DNA of 64,000 bases from Candidatus Omnitrophota bacterium (GTDB lineage: Bacteria; Omnitrophota; Gorgyraeia; B26-G9): contig JAHITY010000101.1 in assembly GCA_018817165.1 (NCBI GenBank), forward strand, positions 278-64,277. Direction: 5' to 3'. This document shows positions 19,459 through 29,698 of the stretch, piece by piece. How positions within the stretch are numbered: position 1 is the first letter of the stretch; each line of letters begins with the position of its first letter. Below the pieces are notes generated by a model. It saw nothing but the letters and a program-made list of their open reading frames with translations. It made no database searches and was not told the DNA's origin. Made by a program: the position numbers and the translations under genes.

Positions 19459-20364
19459 TTGGAACATAAGATACTCGTTGTTGAGGATAATACTAATGAT
19501 CTAGAGACATTAAAGAATAAGTTAAAAAATGAGCCTTATGAGCTTATTCATGCGCCTGATGGAAAATCAGCATTTCTTCTATTGGAAAGAGAAAAGCCGG
19601 ATTTGATTATTTTAGATGTTCTGCTGCCAGATACAGACGGTTTTGAAATATGCCGCAGAATAAGAAAAAGTGAACAGCATGTTAGTCTGCCGATATTGTT
19701 TCACACGACGGTTAATACAACGGATGAAAAGCTTATTGGTCTGGAGATGGGTGCCTCTGACTTTTTAAATAAAAATTCTGATGAACGCGAATTGATTGTT
19801 AGAATAAGAAATTTGTTAAATTTAAAAAAAACCATTGATAATCAGATTAAATTTTCAGTTATTGATAGTCTGACCACAGTATATAATAAAACCTATTTTC
19901 ATCATCGGATCAGTGATGAGCTTGCTCGCGGCCGGAGATATAAACGTAATTTTTGCTGCGCGATAATTGATGTCGATTATTTTAAACAAGTAAATGATCT
20001 TTTTGGTTATGTAACCGGAGACATGGTGCTTAAAAAATTAGCGGCGATTTTTCTGCAAAATATTCGAGGAGCTGATATTTTATGCCGTTATGGTGGCGAT
20101 GAGTTTGCTTGGCTGCTTCCGGAAACAGAAATGGATGATGCTTATTTAGCGGTAGAACGAATGCGCCAGTTTGTTGTTACCAGTGAATTAGGCAAGGATG
20201 AATGTCGGGTAAGCCTGACAATAAGTTGTGGTTTAAGCTGCTTGGAAGATGTTTGTGCGAACAAGGCAGAAGAAATTTTCGCTAATGCGTTAAATGCTTT
20301 GAATAAGGCAAAAGCCCAAGGAAGAAATCAAACTCGCGTTTATGGAAAGGAAAAAGAACATTGA
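19459..20364 (+). CDS. response regulator receiver-GGDEF diguanylate cyclase, paralog 2
   Basis: same architecture as the upstream gene; RYGGDEFAWLL; clearly a paralog of the preceding gene by eye. Confidence 0.85.
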   Translation: MEHKILVVEDNTNDLETLKNKLKNEPYELIHAPDGKSAFLLLEREKPDLIILDVLLPDTDGFEICRRIRKSEQHVSLPILFHTTVNTTDEKLIGLEMGASDFLNKNSDERELIVRIRNLLNLKKTIDNQIKFSVIDSLTTVYNKTYFHHRISDELARGRRYKRNFCCAIIDVDYFKQVNDLFGYVTGDMVLKKLAAIFLQNIRGADILCRYGGDEFAWLLPETEMDDAYLAVERMRQFVVTSELGKDECRVSLTISCGLSCLEDVCANKAEEIFANALNALNKAKAQGRNQTRVYGKEKEH

Positions 20365-21404
20365 AATTTGCAACAATCACTTGGAAAAATAGAAAAGTTG
20401 TTTTAATTGATCAAACTAAATTGCCCGGAAAAATTGTGTTTGTTGAATGTTCAACCGTAAAACAGGTTTGGCAGGCAATTAAAACCTTAAAAGTTAGAGG
20501 CGCCCCGGCGATTGGAGCGGCAGCTGCCTTGGGCATGGCTTTGGGGATAAGCAAAAAAAATGAAAACTGTTTTTCTGCTTTTGAAAAAAATTTAAACGAT
20601 TTATTTAATTATCTTGCGTCTTCTCGGCCGACAGCAGTTAATCTGGTTTGGGCTCTTGAGCGGATGAGAAATATTGCTTTGCAAAATAAAGATAAATCTA
20701 TTGTTTTAATTAAAAAAATAATGTTTAAAGAAGCGCAGAAGATTATTGCCGAAGATAAGCAAAGTTGCGCTGAGATGGCAAATAATGCACAAGTCTTGAT
20801 TAAAAAAAATGATCGAATAATGACTTACTGCAATGCGGGGATGCTGGCAACTGTTGGAATGGGTACAGCACTGGGAGTTATTTACAGGGCTAATCAATTG
20901 GCTAAAAACGTAAAAGTATTTTCTTGTGAAACTCGCCCTCTGCTGCAGGGCGCGCGATTAACTTGCTGGGAATTAAGTGTAAATAAAGTTGATGTAACTG
21001 TGCTTTGCGATAATATGGCAGGATATTTTATGCAGCAGAAAAAAATCGATAAAATTTTTGTCGGCGCAGATCGGATAGCGGCAAATGGAGACGCGGCGAA
21101 TAAAATCGGTTCATATTCATTGGCAGTATTAGCAAAATTTCATAAAGTGCCTTTTTATGTTGTGGCTCCGGCATCGACATTTGATTTAAGTTTAGCTAGT
21201 GGAAATCAGATTCCGATTGAACAGCGCAGCGCGAGTGAAATCAGACAAAACTGGTATAAGCGTCCGATGGTCGCGGAGCAAGTAAAGGTTTATAACCCGG
21301 CATTCGATGTTGTTCCGGCTAAACTTATTAGTGCGATTGTTACGGATTTTGGCTTGATCGAAGCGCCGGATAAAAACAAGATTAAACGTGTTTTAAAAAT
21401 ATGA
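20361..21404 (+). CDS. mtnA: S-methyl-5-thioribose-1-phosphate isomerase (eIF-2B alpha/beta/delta family)
   Basis: RGAPAIGAAAALG…, CNAG and GADRIAANGD motifs. Confidence 0.8.
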   Translation: MKFATITWKNRKVVLIDQTKLPGKIVFVECSTVKQVWQAIKTLKVRGAPAIGAAAALGMALGISKKNENCFSAFEKNLNDLFNYLASSRPTAVNLVWALERMRNIALQNKDKSIVLIKKIMFKEAQKIIAEDKQSCAEMANNAQVLIKKNDRIMTYCNAGMLATVGMGTALGVIYRANQLAKNVKVFSCETRPLLQGARLTCWELSVNKVDVTVLCDNMAGYFMQQKKIDKIFVGADRIAANGDAANKIGSYSLAVLAKFHKVPFYVVAPASTFDLSLASGNQIPIEQRSASEIRQNWYKRPMVAEQVKVYNPAFDVVPAKLISAIVTDFGLIEAPDKNKIKRVLKI

Positions 21405-22312
21405 AGACTTTGTCCCAGCTTGGTGAATTTAATTTTATTGCTGCTATCGCAAAAAAAAAATTACGCAATAAAGCAGTTTTAAAAGGGATTGGCGATGATG
21501 CCGCGGTAGTAAGTATTTCCCCGAAAGACTGTTTGCTTTTTACCGCGGATATGCTGATTGAAGATGTTCATTTTCTGAGAAGCGCTGATCCTCAAGCTAT
21601 TGGACACAAAGCTCTTGCTTGTTCTTTAAGCGATATTGCCGCAATGGGCGGTTGGCCGCTTTATGCGATTGTTAGCGTGGCTTTTCCTAAAAAACTAGAT
21701 AGCGAGTTTGCCAAAAAAATTTACAAAGGAATACAAAAAACAGCGCTAAAATATTCAGTGGATATTATTGGGGGAGATACCAATGCCGCGGAAAAAATCA
21801 TTATTGATGTTTTTTTATGCGGCCAAGTTAAGCGCAAGCAATTAGTTTTAAGAAGTAATGCTCAAACAGGGGATTATATTTTTGTGACCGGCGAGCTGGG
21901 CGGTTCTCGCTTTGGAGGACATTTGAATTTTACTCCGAGAATAGCGGAATCAAGATTTTTAGTATCTAATTATAAATTAAATTCAATGCTGGATATTTCT
22001 GATGGATTAATTGCTGATTTAGGGCACATTTTAAAACAAAGCAAAAAAGGGGCAATCTTGGAGCAGGAGGATATTCCAGTAGATGCCAAAGCCGGTGGCT
22101 TAGACAATGCTTTTTATGCGGGTGAGGATTTTGAACTATTATTTACTTTAAGCGAAAAAGCGGCGAAGAAATTAATCTTAGCTTGGCCGTTTAAAAAAAC
22201 AAAATTATCTTGTATCGGCCGAATTACGGCTCAAGAAGCAAGCCTGCAATTGATCAGTAAACAGGGTAAATCAACTAAAATAAAACCGGGCGGATATCGT
22301 CATTTTAATTAA
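21401..22312 (+). CDS. thiL: thiamine-monophosphate kinase
   Basis: AIR-synthase-related fold; GDDAAVV…, FTADMLIEDVHF, IIGGDTN. Confidence 0.85.
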   Translation: MKTLSQLGEFNFIAAIAKKKLRNKAVLKGIGDDAAVVSISPKDCLLFTADMLIEDVHFLRSADPQAIGHKALACSLSDIAAMGGWPLYAIVSVAFPKKLDSEFAKKIYKGIQKTALKYSVDIIGGDTNAAEKIIIDVFLCGQVKRKQLVLRSNAQTGDYIFVTGELGGSRFGGHLNFTPRIAESRFLVSNYKLNSMLDISDGLIADLGHILKQSKKGAILEQEDIPVDAKAGGLDNAFYAGEDFELLFTLSEKAAKKLILAWPFKKTKLSCIGRITAQEASLQLISKQGKSTKIKPGGYRHFN

Positions 22313-22338
22313 AATAACAGATATTCGAGTTTGATTAT

Positions 22339-22809
22339 ATGCTAAATTTAACAACCAATACTCCTGAGCAAACAATCGCTATGGGAAAACAACTGGCTGA
22401 GTTTTTAAAGCCAGGGGATGTGATTGCTTTATCGGGAAATTTGGGGGCTGGCAAAACAACTCTAGTCAAAGGGATTGCTCAGGGTATGGGGATTAATGAA
22501 AAAAAAGTTAATAGCCCTAGTTATGTTTTGATTCGGGAGTATAAAGGGAAAAACATACAGCTGTTTCATTGTGATTTATATCGGCTGAATAATGTTGAGC
22601 AGATATCTTTTTTGGGGATTGAAGATTATTTTGACCGTGAGGGAGTTTTTGTTATTGAATGGGCCAAAAGAGCCGGCGATTTGCTGCCAGATGAGTATTT
22701 GGACATTAATATTGATTTGCTGGGCGAGGAGAAGCGGGGATTTAGGCTGAAAGCCCGGGGGGATAAATATCAGCGCTTGCTTAATAAATTTAAAAATTTA
22801 ATTAAATAA
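22339..22809 (+). CDS. tsaE: tRNA t6A biosynthesis protein TsaE (YjeE)
   Basis: LSGNLGAGKTTLVKGI… and SPSYVLIREY. Confidence 0.85.
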   Translation: MLNLTTNTPEQTIAMGKQLAEFLKPGDVIALSGNLGAGKTTLVKGIAQGMGINEKKVNSPSYVLIREYKGKNIQLFHCDLYRLNNVEQISFLGIEDYFDREGVFVIEWAKRAGDLLPDEYLDINIDLLGEEKRGFRLKARGDKYQRLLNKFKNLIK

Positions 22810-22834
22810 TTATTAAATTATCGATAAGGATACT

Positions 22835-23536
22835 ATGATTTGTTTAGCGATAGATACATCAAGCAAATTTTTGTGCATTGTGCTTATGGAAAATGAGCGT
22901 GTTTTAAGGAAATTTAATCAAGCTAAAGCGCGGGCTCATGGACAGTTTTTAATCCCGGAAATCCAAAAGATATTAGACAAACAAAAAATCAGACTTCAAG
23001 ACCTGGATTGTTTGGCGGTAAATATCGGGCCAGGCTCATTTACCGGATTGCGCATTGGAATTGCGGCGGTAAAAGGATTGAGTCTGGGTTTGAATCTTCC
23101 GATTATCAGTCTGAGCAGTTTGGATCTTATCGCGCATAATTGTCTTGATTCTAAAAAAACTATATGTTCAATTATTGACGCAAAACGTAAACAAGCATAT
23201 GCCGCGATTTTTAAAAATTCAGGAAATAACTTGAAAAAACAGGGCAAGTATTTTTTAGGGCCGATTGAGGATTTGATGGTTAATCTAAATCCAGAGGTCG
23301 TGTTTAGCGGAGACGGGGTGGGTTTATATAAAGAACAAATAAGCAGCTATAAAAACCTAAATCCTAGTTTTGCTCGGGAAAAATTATGGTATACTGACCC
23401 AAATGTTTTTGCCAAGTTATGTTATCGGGAATATCAAAGCAAAAAATTAAAACAAGCCAAAGAAATCGTGCCAATGTATTTATACGCAAATACTTGTACA
23501 GTAAGAAAAACCCAAAAGAATAATAATGCTAAATAA
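22835..23536 (+). CDS. tsaB: tRNA t6A biosynthesis protein TsaB (YeaZ)
   Basis: MICLAIDTSS… and GPGSFTGLRIG. Confidence 0.8.
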   Translation: MICLAIDTSSKFLCIVLMENERVLRKFNQAKARAHGQFLIPEIQKILDKQKIRLQDLDCLAVNIGPGSFTGLRIGIAAVKGLSLGLNLPIISLSSLDLIAHNCLDSKKTICSIIDAKRKQAYAAIFKNSGNNLKKQGKYFLGPIEDLMVNLNPEVVFSGDGVGLYKEQISSYKNLNPSFAREKLWYTDPNVFAKLCYREYQSKKLKQAKEIVPMYLYANTCTVRKTQKNNNAK

Positions 23537-24674
23537 AAAGACAATTCATTATCCGGCTTGGGCTGAAATTAATTTGGCAAATATTAAGTCAAATTTTTTT
23601 CAGTTGAAACGCCAAGCCGGTAAAGGCGTTAAAATGCTTGCGGCTGTAAAAGCCGATGCGTATGGTCATGGCATGCTGGAAGTTTCTCGGCAGCTGGAAA
23701 GATGTGGGGTTGATTATCTGGGAGTTGCCAGTGTTAATGAGGCAATGGTTTTGCGAGCCGGGAAAATTAAAGCTCCAATTTTGGTTATGGGTAATGTGGT
23801 TGATAAAAGTCAGATGAAACAAGCAATTAATGCACAAATAAGTTTGACGGTCGCGGATCTGAGGGGCGCTTTAAAGCTAAATAATAATGTTTCTGCTGGA
23901 AAAAAAGCAAAGGTTCATATTAAAGTCGATACAGGTATGGGGCGAATTGGAATATGGCATCAGGAAGCTTATGAGCAGATAATTAAAATTTTTAAAATGA
24001 AAAATCTGCTGATTGAAGGGGTTTTTACTCATTTCCCCAGCGCGGATACGGATCTTGAATTTACTAAACAGCAAATAATTATTTTTGAGAAATTGATTAA
24101 TAAATTAAAACAAAATAATATTACTATTTCGCTGGTTCATGGGGCAAATAGCAGCGCGGTTTTTCACTTAAAAAATTTCAAACCAAAACTATTTAATATG
24201 GTTCGGCCGGGGCTAATGCTTTATGGTATGTATCCGGACCGAGCAATGAAAGCAAAGTCTTGTTTTAAGTTAAAGCCAGTATTAGAGTTAAAGAGCAGGA
24301 TAGTTTTTTTAAAAACAGTTGATCAAGGCAGAGCAATCAGCTATGGCCGGACTTATATTACCCAAACTAAAACTAAAATTGCCACTGTATCTATAGGCTA
24401 TGCCGATGGATATTCACGAGCTTTGTCCAATAAAGCGCAGGTTTTAATCAAAGGTAAATTATTGCCGGTTGTCGGGAGAATTTGTATGGACCAGCTTATG
24501 GTTGATATTGGTCTGGCTTCTCGGGTAAAGCTAGGCGATATTGTTACTTTGATCGGCAGGGAAAAAAGGCAAGCAATATTTAGCGAGACTCTTGCAACTT
24601 TATGTGATACTATTCCTTATGAGATTACTTGCGGTATCTCTGCCAGGGTCAAGCGGGTATTCAAAAAACATTGA
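23526..24674 (+). CDS. alr: alanine racemase
   Basis: AVKADAYGHG PLP-lysine motif; C-terminal beta domain. Confidence 0.9.
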   Translation: MLNKKTIHYPAWAEINLANIKSNFFQLKRQAGKGVKMLAAVKADAYGHGMLEVSRQLERCGVDYLGVASVNEAMVLRAGKIKAPILVMGNVVDKSQMKQAINAQISLTVADLRGALKLNNNVSAGKKAKVHIKVDTGMGRIGIWHQEAYEQIIKIFKMKNLLIEGVFTHFPSADTDLEFTKQQIIIFEKLINKLKQNNITISLVHGANSSAVFHLKNFKPKLFNMVRPGLMLYGMYPDRAMKAKSCFKLKPVLELKSRIVFLKTVDQGRAISYGRTYITQTKTKIATVSIGYADGYSRALSNKAQVLIKGKLLPVVGRICMDQLMVDIGLASRVKLGDIVTLIGREKRQAIFSETLATLCDTIPYEITCGISARVKRVFKKH

Positions 24675-24715
24675 CTTTAAAAGGCATAATGTTATAATTA
24701 AATTCAGGATTATTA

Positions 24716-25065
24716 TGGATAAAAAATGCTTAAATAAAAAAGGGTTATCTTTAGTAGAAGTTGTGCTATCAGCACTATTACTTACTGTAGTAGTGGCGGC
24801 TTTGCTTGCTACTTATCGAAATGCCAGTAATTTAATGGGTCTTGCGCGGAATAAGCTGATTGCTTTAAATTGGGCGGAATCTATTATTGAACGAGAAAGA
24901 TCGGATTGTAGAAACGCTTATATTGACCCGGCTGATACTGCGGCTAATCGAAACTATCTGATAGACGAAAAGGCTGCTCTGGCTCCTGTTATTACAAGAA
25001 TAAATCACGGCGCGCCGCAAGTGCATTTACAAGAGATTAAAGTTACGATAAACTGGACTGAATAA
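24716..25065 (+). CDS. type IV pilin-like / pseudopilin (prepilin N-terminal motif)
   Basis: KKG|LSLVEVVLSALLL… class III signal-peptide-like N-terminus; ATG at 24716 chosen because the upstream in-frame ATG overlaps alr. Confidence 0.6.
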
Positions 25066-25066
25066 T

Positions 25067-25828
25067 ATGAAAATAAATCGTGGTTTTACCTTAATCGAAG
25101 TGCAGATTTCCGCAATGTTAATGGTTGTTGTCCTTGTCGCCACTGGAGTGATTTTTTATTTTTCTTTAGCAACAATAAGATATATGCAGGATGCTTTTAG
25201 TGTTTATACAAATGCTTCAACAGCAATGAATCTGATTACCAATGAGGTCATCCGTTCTAATTGTTATGGATCATGGACAGCGCCTGCACACGCACAGCCT
25301 GTAGGCAGCTTTTACGGTGCTAATGGTTATCAACAGGAGCTTAGCCCCGGGGTCTTTGGTCTTGACGCTGCTAATTCTTATAATGCGGATATGCCGACAT
25401 TGGGAGATTCCAATGCGATGAATGTTTGTGATATGACTGTGGGAACAGGTCTTTTTTTGCGCCAGGCAACACAAGCTTCGTTTATTAGGGGTGATTTATC
25501 AGATGTTGCCGGGGATTTTCCTTCGCATGAAAAAGTGCAAATTTATGGGGAGAATTACTTTGATCCTGAGTGGACGAGAAATCGCTTGATGATTGATCGA
25601 AATGATGGAAATCCGCCTCAAGCAATCGCGGATAATCTCATTCAGTTTGATTTTCAGCCGATTGCCTATAATTGCGTGCATGTTCTTTTAACCGTAGAGG
25701 GTATGGTTGATGATCCGATGGCTGGTGTGGGAGTGAGAAGGCATCGAATTACGCTGAGCAAACAGATCACTTTGCGCTGCGCTCCTTCGGTTACGCCAAT
25801 ACCTGGCCCAACTGGAACAACATGGTGA
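25067..25828 (+). CDS. prepilin-type N-terminal cleavage/methylation domain protein (minor pilin)
   Basis: MKINRG|FTLIEVQISAM… canonical G-FTLIE motif. Confidence 0.7.
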   Translation: MKINRGFTLIEVQISAMLMVVVLVATGVIFYFSLATIRYMQDAFSVYTNASTAMNLITNEVIRSNCYGSWTAPAHAQPVGSFYGANGYQQELSPGVFGLDAANSYNADMPTLGDSNAMNVCDMTVGTGLFLRQATQASFIRGDLSDVAGDFPSHEKVQIYGENYFDPEWTRNRLMIDRNDGNPPQAIADNLIQFDFQPIAYNCVHVLLTVEGMVDDPMAGVGVRRHRITLSKQITLRCAPSVTPIPGPTGTTW

Positions 25829-25829
25829 A

Positions 25830-26171
25830 TTGATGAGCAAAATAAAATTTTTATTGGATAGAAATATCCAGAAGAAGACAACCAGAGAAAAAGCCCAGGC
25901 AATGGTTGTGGCATTTATTTATATTAGTATTGTTTCCTTGATCGCGGTTTATATGATGGCTTATGCGAATAATCTGCATAATGTTGTGGTCAGAAATATT
26001 AAGCACAGTATGTCGTTTTATGCGGCAGAAGGGGCTTTAATCCGGGTGATGTCCTTACTTTCCTTAGGGCAAGCAACTCCCGCGGCGATGAATACTGCGC
26101 CGATGACTGTTGGAATAGATATAGTTGTTGTGGGAACGAATCAAAAAATTAGAGCAACTGTTAATTGGTAG
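25830..26171 (+). CDS. PilX-N-like pilus assembly protein
   Basis: single N-terminal TM plus YAAEGAL motif reminiscent of the PilX N-terminal domain. Confidence 0.4.
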   Translation: MMSKIKFLLDRNIQKKTTREKAQAMVVAFIYISIVSLIAVYMMAYANNLHNVVVRNIKHSMSFYAAEGALIRVMSLLSLGQATPAAMNTAPMTVGIDIVVVGTNQKIRATVNW

Positions 26172-26226
26172 TAATTATTGACTTGTTTTTATAATTTCAA
26201 TCTAAATAATATGGCGGAGGCAAATA

Positions 26227-27045
26227 ATGGTGCCAAAAATTAAACGATTTTTGCAAAAAATAAAGCAGCTAAATAAAGAATATTTATTACTTTGTGTGAT
26301 AGTTACTTTGATCGGAATATTGATCTATTCTTCCACGGCAACATCGCAAACATCTCCGGAAGAAATAACTTTAACAACTTTTTATCCTTGTCCGTTTGGG
26401 ATTTATGATCAGCTTACTTCTTCTATATATATTGATTTTGATAATGTGGCTCGTTGGTTTGATCCTAGCGGAGAGAGTCAGCTGGAATCTTTACGGATTT
26501 TTAATGGGATGATTGTAAATTTAGTTGCTGGGCCAAGCGGTACATGGACTATTAATTTTGTGACCGGCAATGCGTTTCTTAATATTGTTACGGCAGATAA
26601 GCTGGTAATGACTGGGCCAGCGCCTCCGCCAACATATGAAATAAATGGCGGTAATTATGTGTGGGATATTGCTGAAGGCATGCTAATTACAGAATGTACG
26701 GCGGGTGATGTTGTGATCATCGGCGATGATCCGGAAAAAGGTTTGGTTAAATCAACTGAAAAATTTGATTGTCGAATTGCCGGGATTGTTTCTTCTGACC
26801 CCAAAATATATATGGGAGCAGGAGAAGATAGCACGCCATTAGCTTTAGCCGGGATTGTCCCATGCAATGCAATCACAGAAAATGGAGCGATCAAACGAGG
26901 TGATTTGCTGGTAAGTTCTTCAATGCCAGGTTACGCGATGAGGGCTTCGAGCAAAGAAGTCAAGCCTGGGATGTTGGTCGGCAAAGCTTTGCAGGAATTA
27001 ACTTCAGGTCAGGCTAAAATTTTTGTTTTAGTCAATAAAAATTAA
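26227..27045 (+). CDS. hypothetical membrane-anchored protein, paralog A of tandem pair
   Basis: N-terminal TM; shares with the next gene DPSG(E/Q)S(Q/D)L, VWDIAEG, PKIYMG, IKRGD(L/I)LV(S/T)SS(M/E)PGYAM, PGM(L/I)VG. Confidence 0.6.
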   Translation: MVPKIKRFLQKIKQLNKEYLLLCVIVTLIGILIYSSTATSQTSPEEITLTTFYPCPFGIYDQLTSSIYIDFDNVARWFDPSGESQLESLRIFNGMIVNLVAGPSGTWTINFVTGNAFLNIVTADKLVMTGPAPPPTYEINGGNYVWDIAEGMLITECTAGDVVIIGDDPEKGLVKSTEKFDCRIAGIVSSDPKIYMGAGEDSTPLALAGIVPCNAITENGAIKRGDLLVSSSMPGYAMRASSKEVKPGMLVGKALQELTSGQAKIFVLVNKN

Positions 27046-27061
27046 AATTAAGAGCTTATTT

Positions 27062-27904
27062 ATGAAGAAAAAAACAAATCATTTTATAATAGTTTTTATT
27101 CAGATAATCCTGCTATTGTTAGGATCAGCGGTTTTGAGTTTTGCCCAGCAAGGGGCTATTAAATCGCTAGTTTTGGATACTCATGGATTCCGTTATGATA
27201 CCGCCGGGGGTGAAGTCAGAGCGGTGTATAATACTTTAGTCGCTAAACAGTTTAATGATTCACAGCTAGATGTCTTGAACCGTACTTGTTTTGGGGACCC
27301 TAGCGGACAGAGTGATTTGCATCATCTGACAGTTATTAATGGTTTGCAGTTTGATGATACGGATATGGGAACCATGGTTATGAGTGCTGTGCCTATGGGG
27401 GCGTACTCAATTAATTTTCAAGATAATTTTCTCGGAGGAGAAGCCCAGTTTGCTACTTGTACTGCCGTTAAATTTGTAATGGTAACTCCATATCCTGATG
27501 CGAGGAATCATGAAGGTAAAAAAGTATGGGATATTGCTGAAGGAATAAAGGTTGAAGCCGGTGACGCTTGCGATGTCGTTGTTATTAGCAAAGATAATGA
27601 TTTGACTGTTACTCGTTCAACTGTTAAATTTGATACTAAAGTGGCTGGAGTTATATCTGAGGCACCAAAAATATATATGGGAGATATGGCAGGCAATAAG
27701 CCTTTGGCTTTGTCCGGGGTTGTTAAGTGTAATGTGAATACGCAAAATGGACCGATTAAAAGAGGTGATATTCTAGTCACATCATCAGAGCCTGGGTACG
27801 CGATGAAAGCCAATGAAAATCAAGTATTGCCGGGTATGATTGTCGGCAGTGCTTTGGATAATTTTGATCAGGGCAAAGGAAAAATTGATATTCTAATTAA
27901 TTAG
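27062..27904 (+). CDS. hypothetical secreted protein, paralog B of tandem pair
   Basis: cleavable signal peptide (…SFA-QQ); full-length paralog of the previous gene. Confidence 0.6.
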   Translation: MKKKTNHFIIVFIQIILLLLGSAVLSFAQQGAIKSLVLDTHGFRYDTAGGEVRAVYNTLVAKQFNDSQLDVLNRTCFGDPSGQSDLHHLTVINGLQFDDTDMGTMVMSAVPMGAYSINFQDNFLGGEAQFATCTAVKFVMVTPYPDARNHEGKKVWDIAEGIKVEAGDACDVVVISKDNDLTVTRSTVKFDTKVAGVISEAPKIYMGDMAGNKPLALSGVVKCNVNTQNGPIKRGDILVTSSEPGYAMKANENQVLPGMIVGSALDNFDQGKGKIDILIN

Positions 27905-27930
27905 TAATGTATTTTAAATTTTTAATTCAA

Positions 27931-27962
27931 AAAGCAGAAGACAGATTATTCTGTCTTCTTTG
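27931..27962 (+). terminator. rho-independent terminator
   Basis: GAAGACAG-attatt-CTGTCTTC then TTTGTT. Confidence 0.6.
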
Positions 27963-28017
27963 TTCTCATATAGGGTTTGTTGGTTTAAGTTGCAAGTAAA
28001 ATTAAGGAGAAATAATT

Positions 28018-29676
28018 TTGCGTAGTGATCAAATTAAAAAAGGGTTGGAACGTGCACCGCATAGAGCTTTGCTGTTTGGCACAGGTATTTCTAAAAAAGA
28101 TTTGAGTAAGCCGTTTATTGCTGTAGCTAGCTCGGTTAATGATTTTATCCCAGGGCATGTTGGGATGCGCGATTTGGAAAGATTTGTCGAACGAGGTATA
28201 GTCAGTCAGGGCGCAGTGCCGTTTTTCTTTGGAGTGCCCGGGATTTGTGATGGGCTTGCTATGGGGCATGAGGGCATGCATTATCCGCTTGCTTCCCGGG
28301 AATTGATTGCTGATTCTGTGGAATCAGTGGTCAAAGCGCATTGTGCCGATGGACTGGTTTGTATTACAAATTGCGATAAAATTACTCCCGGCATGCTTAT
28401 GGCCGTAGCGCGTCTAAATATTCCGGCAATTATTTTGACTGCCGGGCCAATGCTTTCCGGCAGACAGGGAATGAAACGTTTATCTTTTGTCCGGGATACC
28501 TTTGAAGCTTTGTCTTTGACTAAAAGAGGCGAGATGAGCAAACAGGAACTTTCCTGCTTGGAAATGGAAGCTTGCCCCGGTCAGGGCTCTTGTCAGGGAT
28601 TATATACAGCGAATACCATGGCCTGTTTGACTGAAGCCATGGGAATGTCTTTGCCAGGTTGCGGTACTGGATTAGCTGGTATGGCAAAAAAGAAACGATT
28701 GGCTCAGGCAAGTGGAGAGCGGATCGTGGAATTAGTCAAAGAAAATATTACGCCCAGCATGATCATGAATAAAAAATCTCTGGAAAACGCGATTATGGTG
28801 GATATGGCTTTGGGCGGTTCAAGCAATACTGTCCTGCATCTTATGGCTATTGCTCATGAATGCGGCATAGAAATTTCTTTGAATGAGTTTGATGAAATAA
28901 GCAAAAAAACTCCGCATATAACTGATCTGAGGCCTGGCGGAGAATATTTTATGGAAGACCTTGAATACTCCGGGGGAATTCCCGCGGTAATGCATAGGCT
29001 TAAAGATCGTTTGAATGATAATCCGACTGTTTGCGGAACTAATGTAAAAAAGCTGGCAAATGAGTCTCAAGTACTTAATGAAGAGATTGTCCGGCCGCTT
29101 AATAAAGCGCATCATAAAGAAGGAGGGATAGCAGTACTGTTTGGCAACTTAGCCCCAGAAGGCGCAGTTGTAAAACAGTCCGCTGTCAGTGAGAAGATGA
29201 TGTACTTTAAAGGTAAGGCGCGTGTCTATAATAGTGAAGAAGCGGTGATGAAAGATATTCTTTCTGCTAAAGTTGAAAAAGGCACGGTTTTGGTTGTGCG
29301 TTATGAAGGTCCGCGCGGCGGGCCGGGTATGCGGGAAATGCTTGCGCCGACAGCGGCGATTGTCGGAATGGGCATGTCGGATGATGTTGCTTTAATTACT
29401 GACGGCAGATTTTCCGGGGGAACCAGAGGTCCTTGCTTAGGGCATATTTCTCCTGAAGCAGCAGCGGGTGGTCCGATCGCGGCGGTAAAAAACAATGATG
29501 AAATAATCATTGATATAAAAAATAGAAAATTACATTTAAATTTAACTGATCAGGAAATAGCCGAAAGACTGCGCCATGTAAAACATCCGCCACCAAAGAT
29601 AAATACCGGGTGGCTTAAGCGTTACGCGAAGATGGTAAGCTCAGCCAGCAAAGGCGCGGTTTTAGATATTGAATGA
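28018..29676 (+). CDS. ilvD: dihydroxy-acid dehydratase
   Basis: TTG start; IlvD/EDD family motifs ([11 protein letters not shown], Fe-S Cys ligands, GGPIA…). Confidence 0.95.
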   Translation: MRSDQIKKGLERAPHRALLFGTGISKKDLSKPFIAVASSVNDFIPGHVGMRDLERFVERGIVSQGAVPFFFGVPGICDGLAMGHEGMHYPLASRELIADSVESVVKAHCADGLVCITNCDKITPGMLMAVARLNIPAIILTAGPMLSGRQGMKRLSFVRDTFEALSLTKRGEMSKQELSCLEMEACPGQGSCQGLYTANTMACLTEAMGMSLPGCGTGLAGMAKKKRLAQASGERIVELVKENITPSMIMNKKSLENAIMVDMALGGSSNTVLHLMAIAHECGIEISLNEFDEISKKTPHITDLRPGGEYFMEDLEYSGGIPAVMHRLKDRLNDNPTVCGTNVKKLANESQVLNEEIVRPLNKAHHKEGGIAVLFGNLAPEGAVVKQSAVSEKMMYFKGKARVYNSEEAVMKDILSAKVEKGTVLVVRYEGPRGGPGMREMLAPTAAIVGMGMSDDVALITDGRFSGGTRGPCLGHISPEAAAGGPIAAVKNNDEIIIDIKNRKLHLNLTDQEIAERLRHVKHPPPKINTGWLKRYAKMVSSASKGAVLDIE

Positions 29677-29698
29677 TAAAAAATAAGAAGGAAATATT

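Noticed and set aside
26227-27904. Conserved RGD tripeptide in both secreted paralogs as an integrin-binding adhesion motif
   Set aside because: A tripeptide is too short to be meaningful without structural context. More likely part of a conserved structural strand (IKRGD[LI]LV). Recorded only as a descriptive detail.
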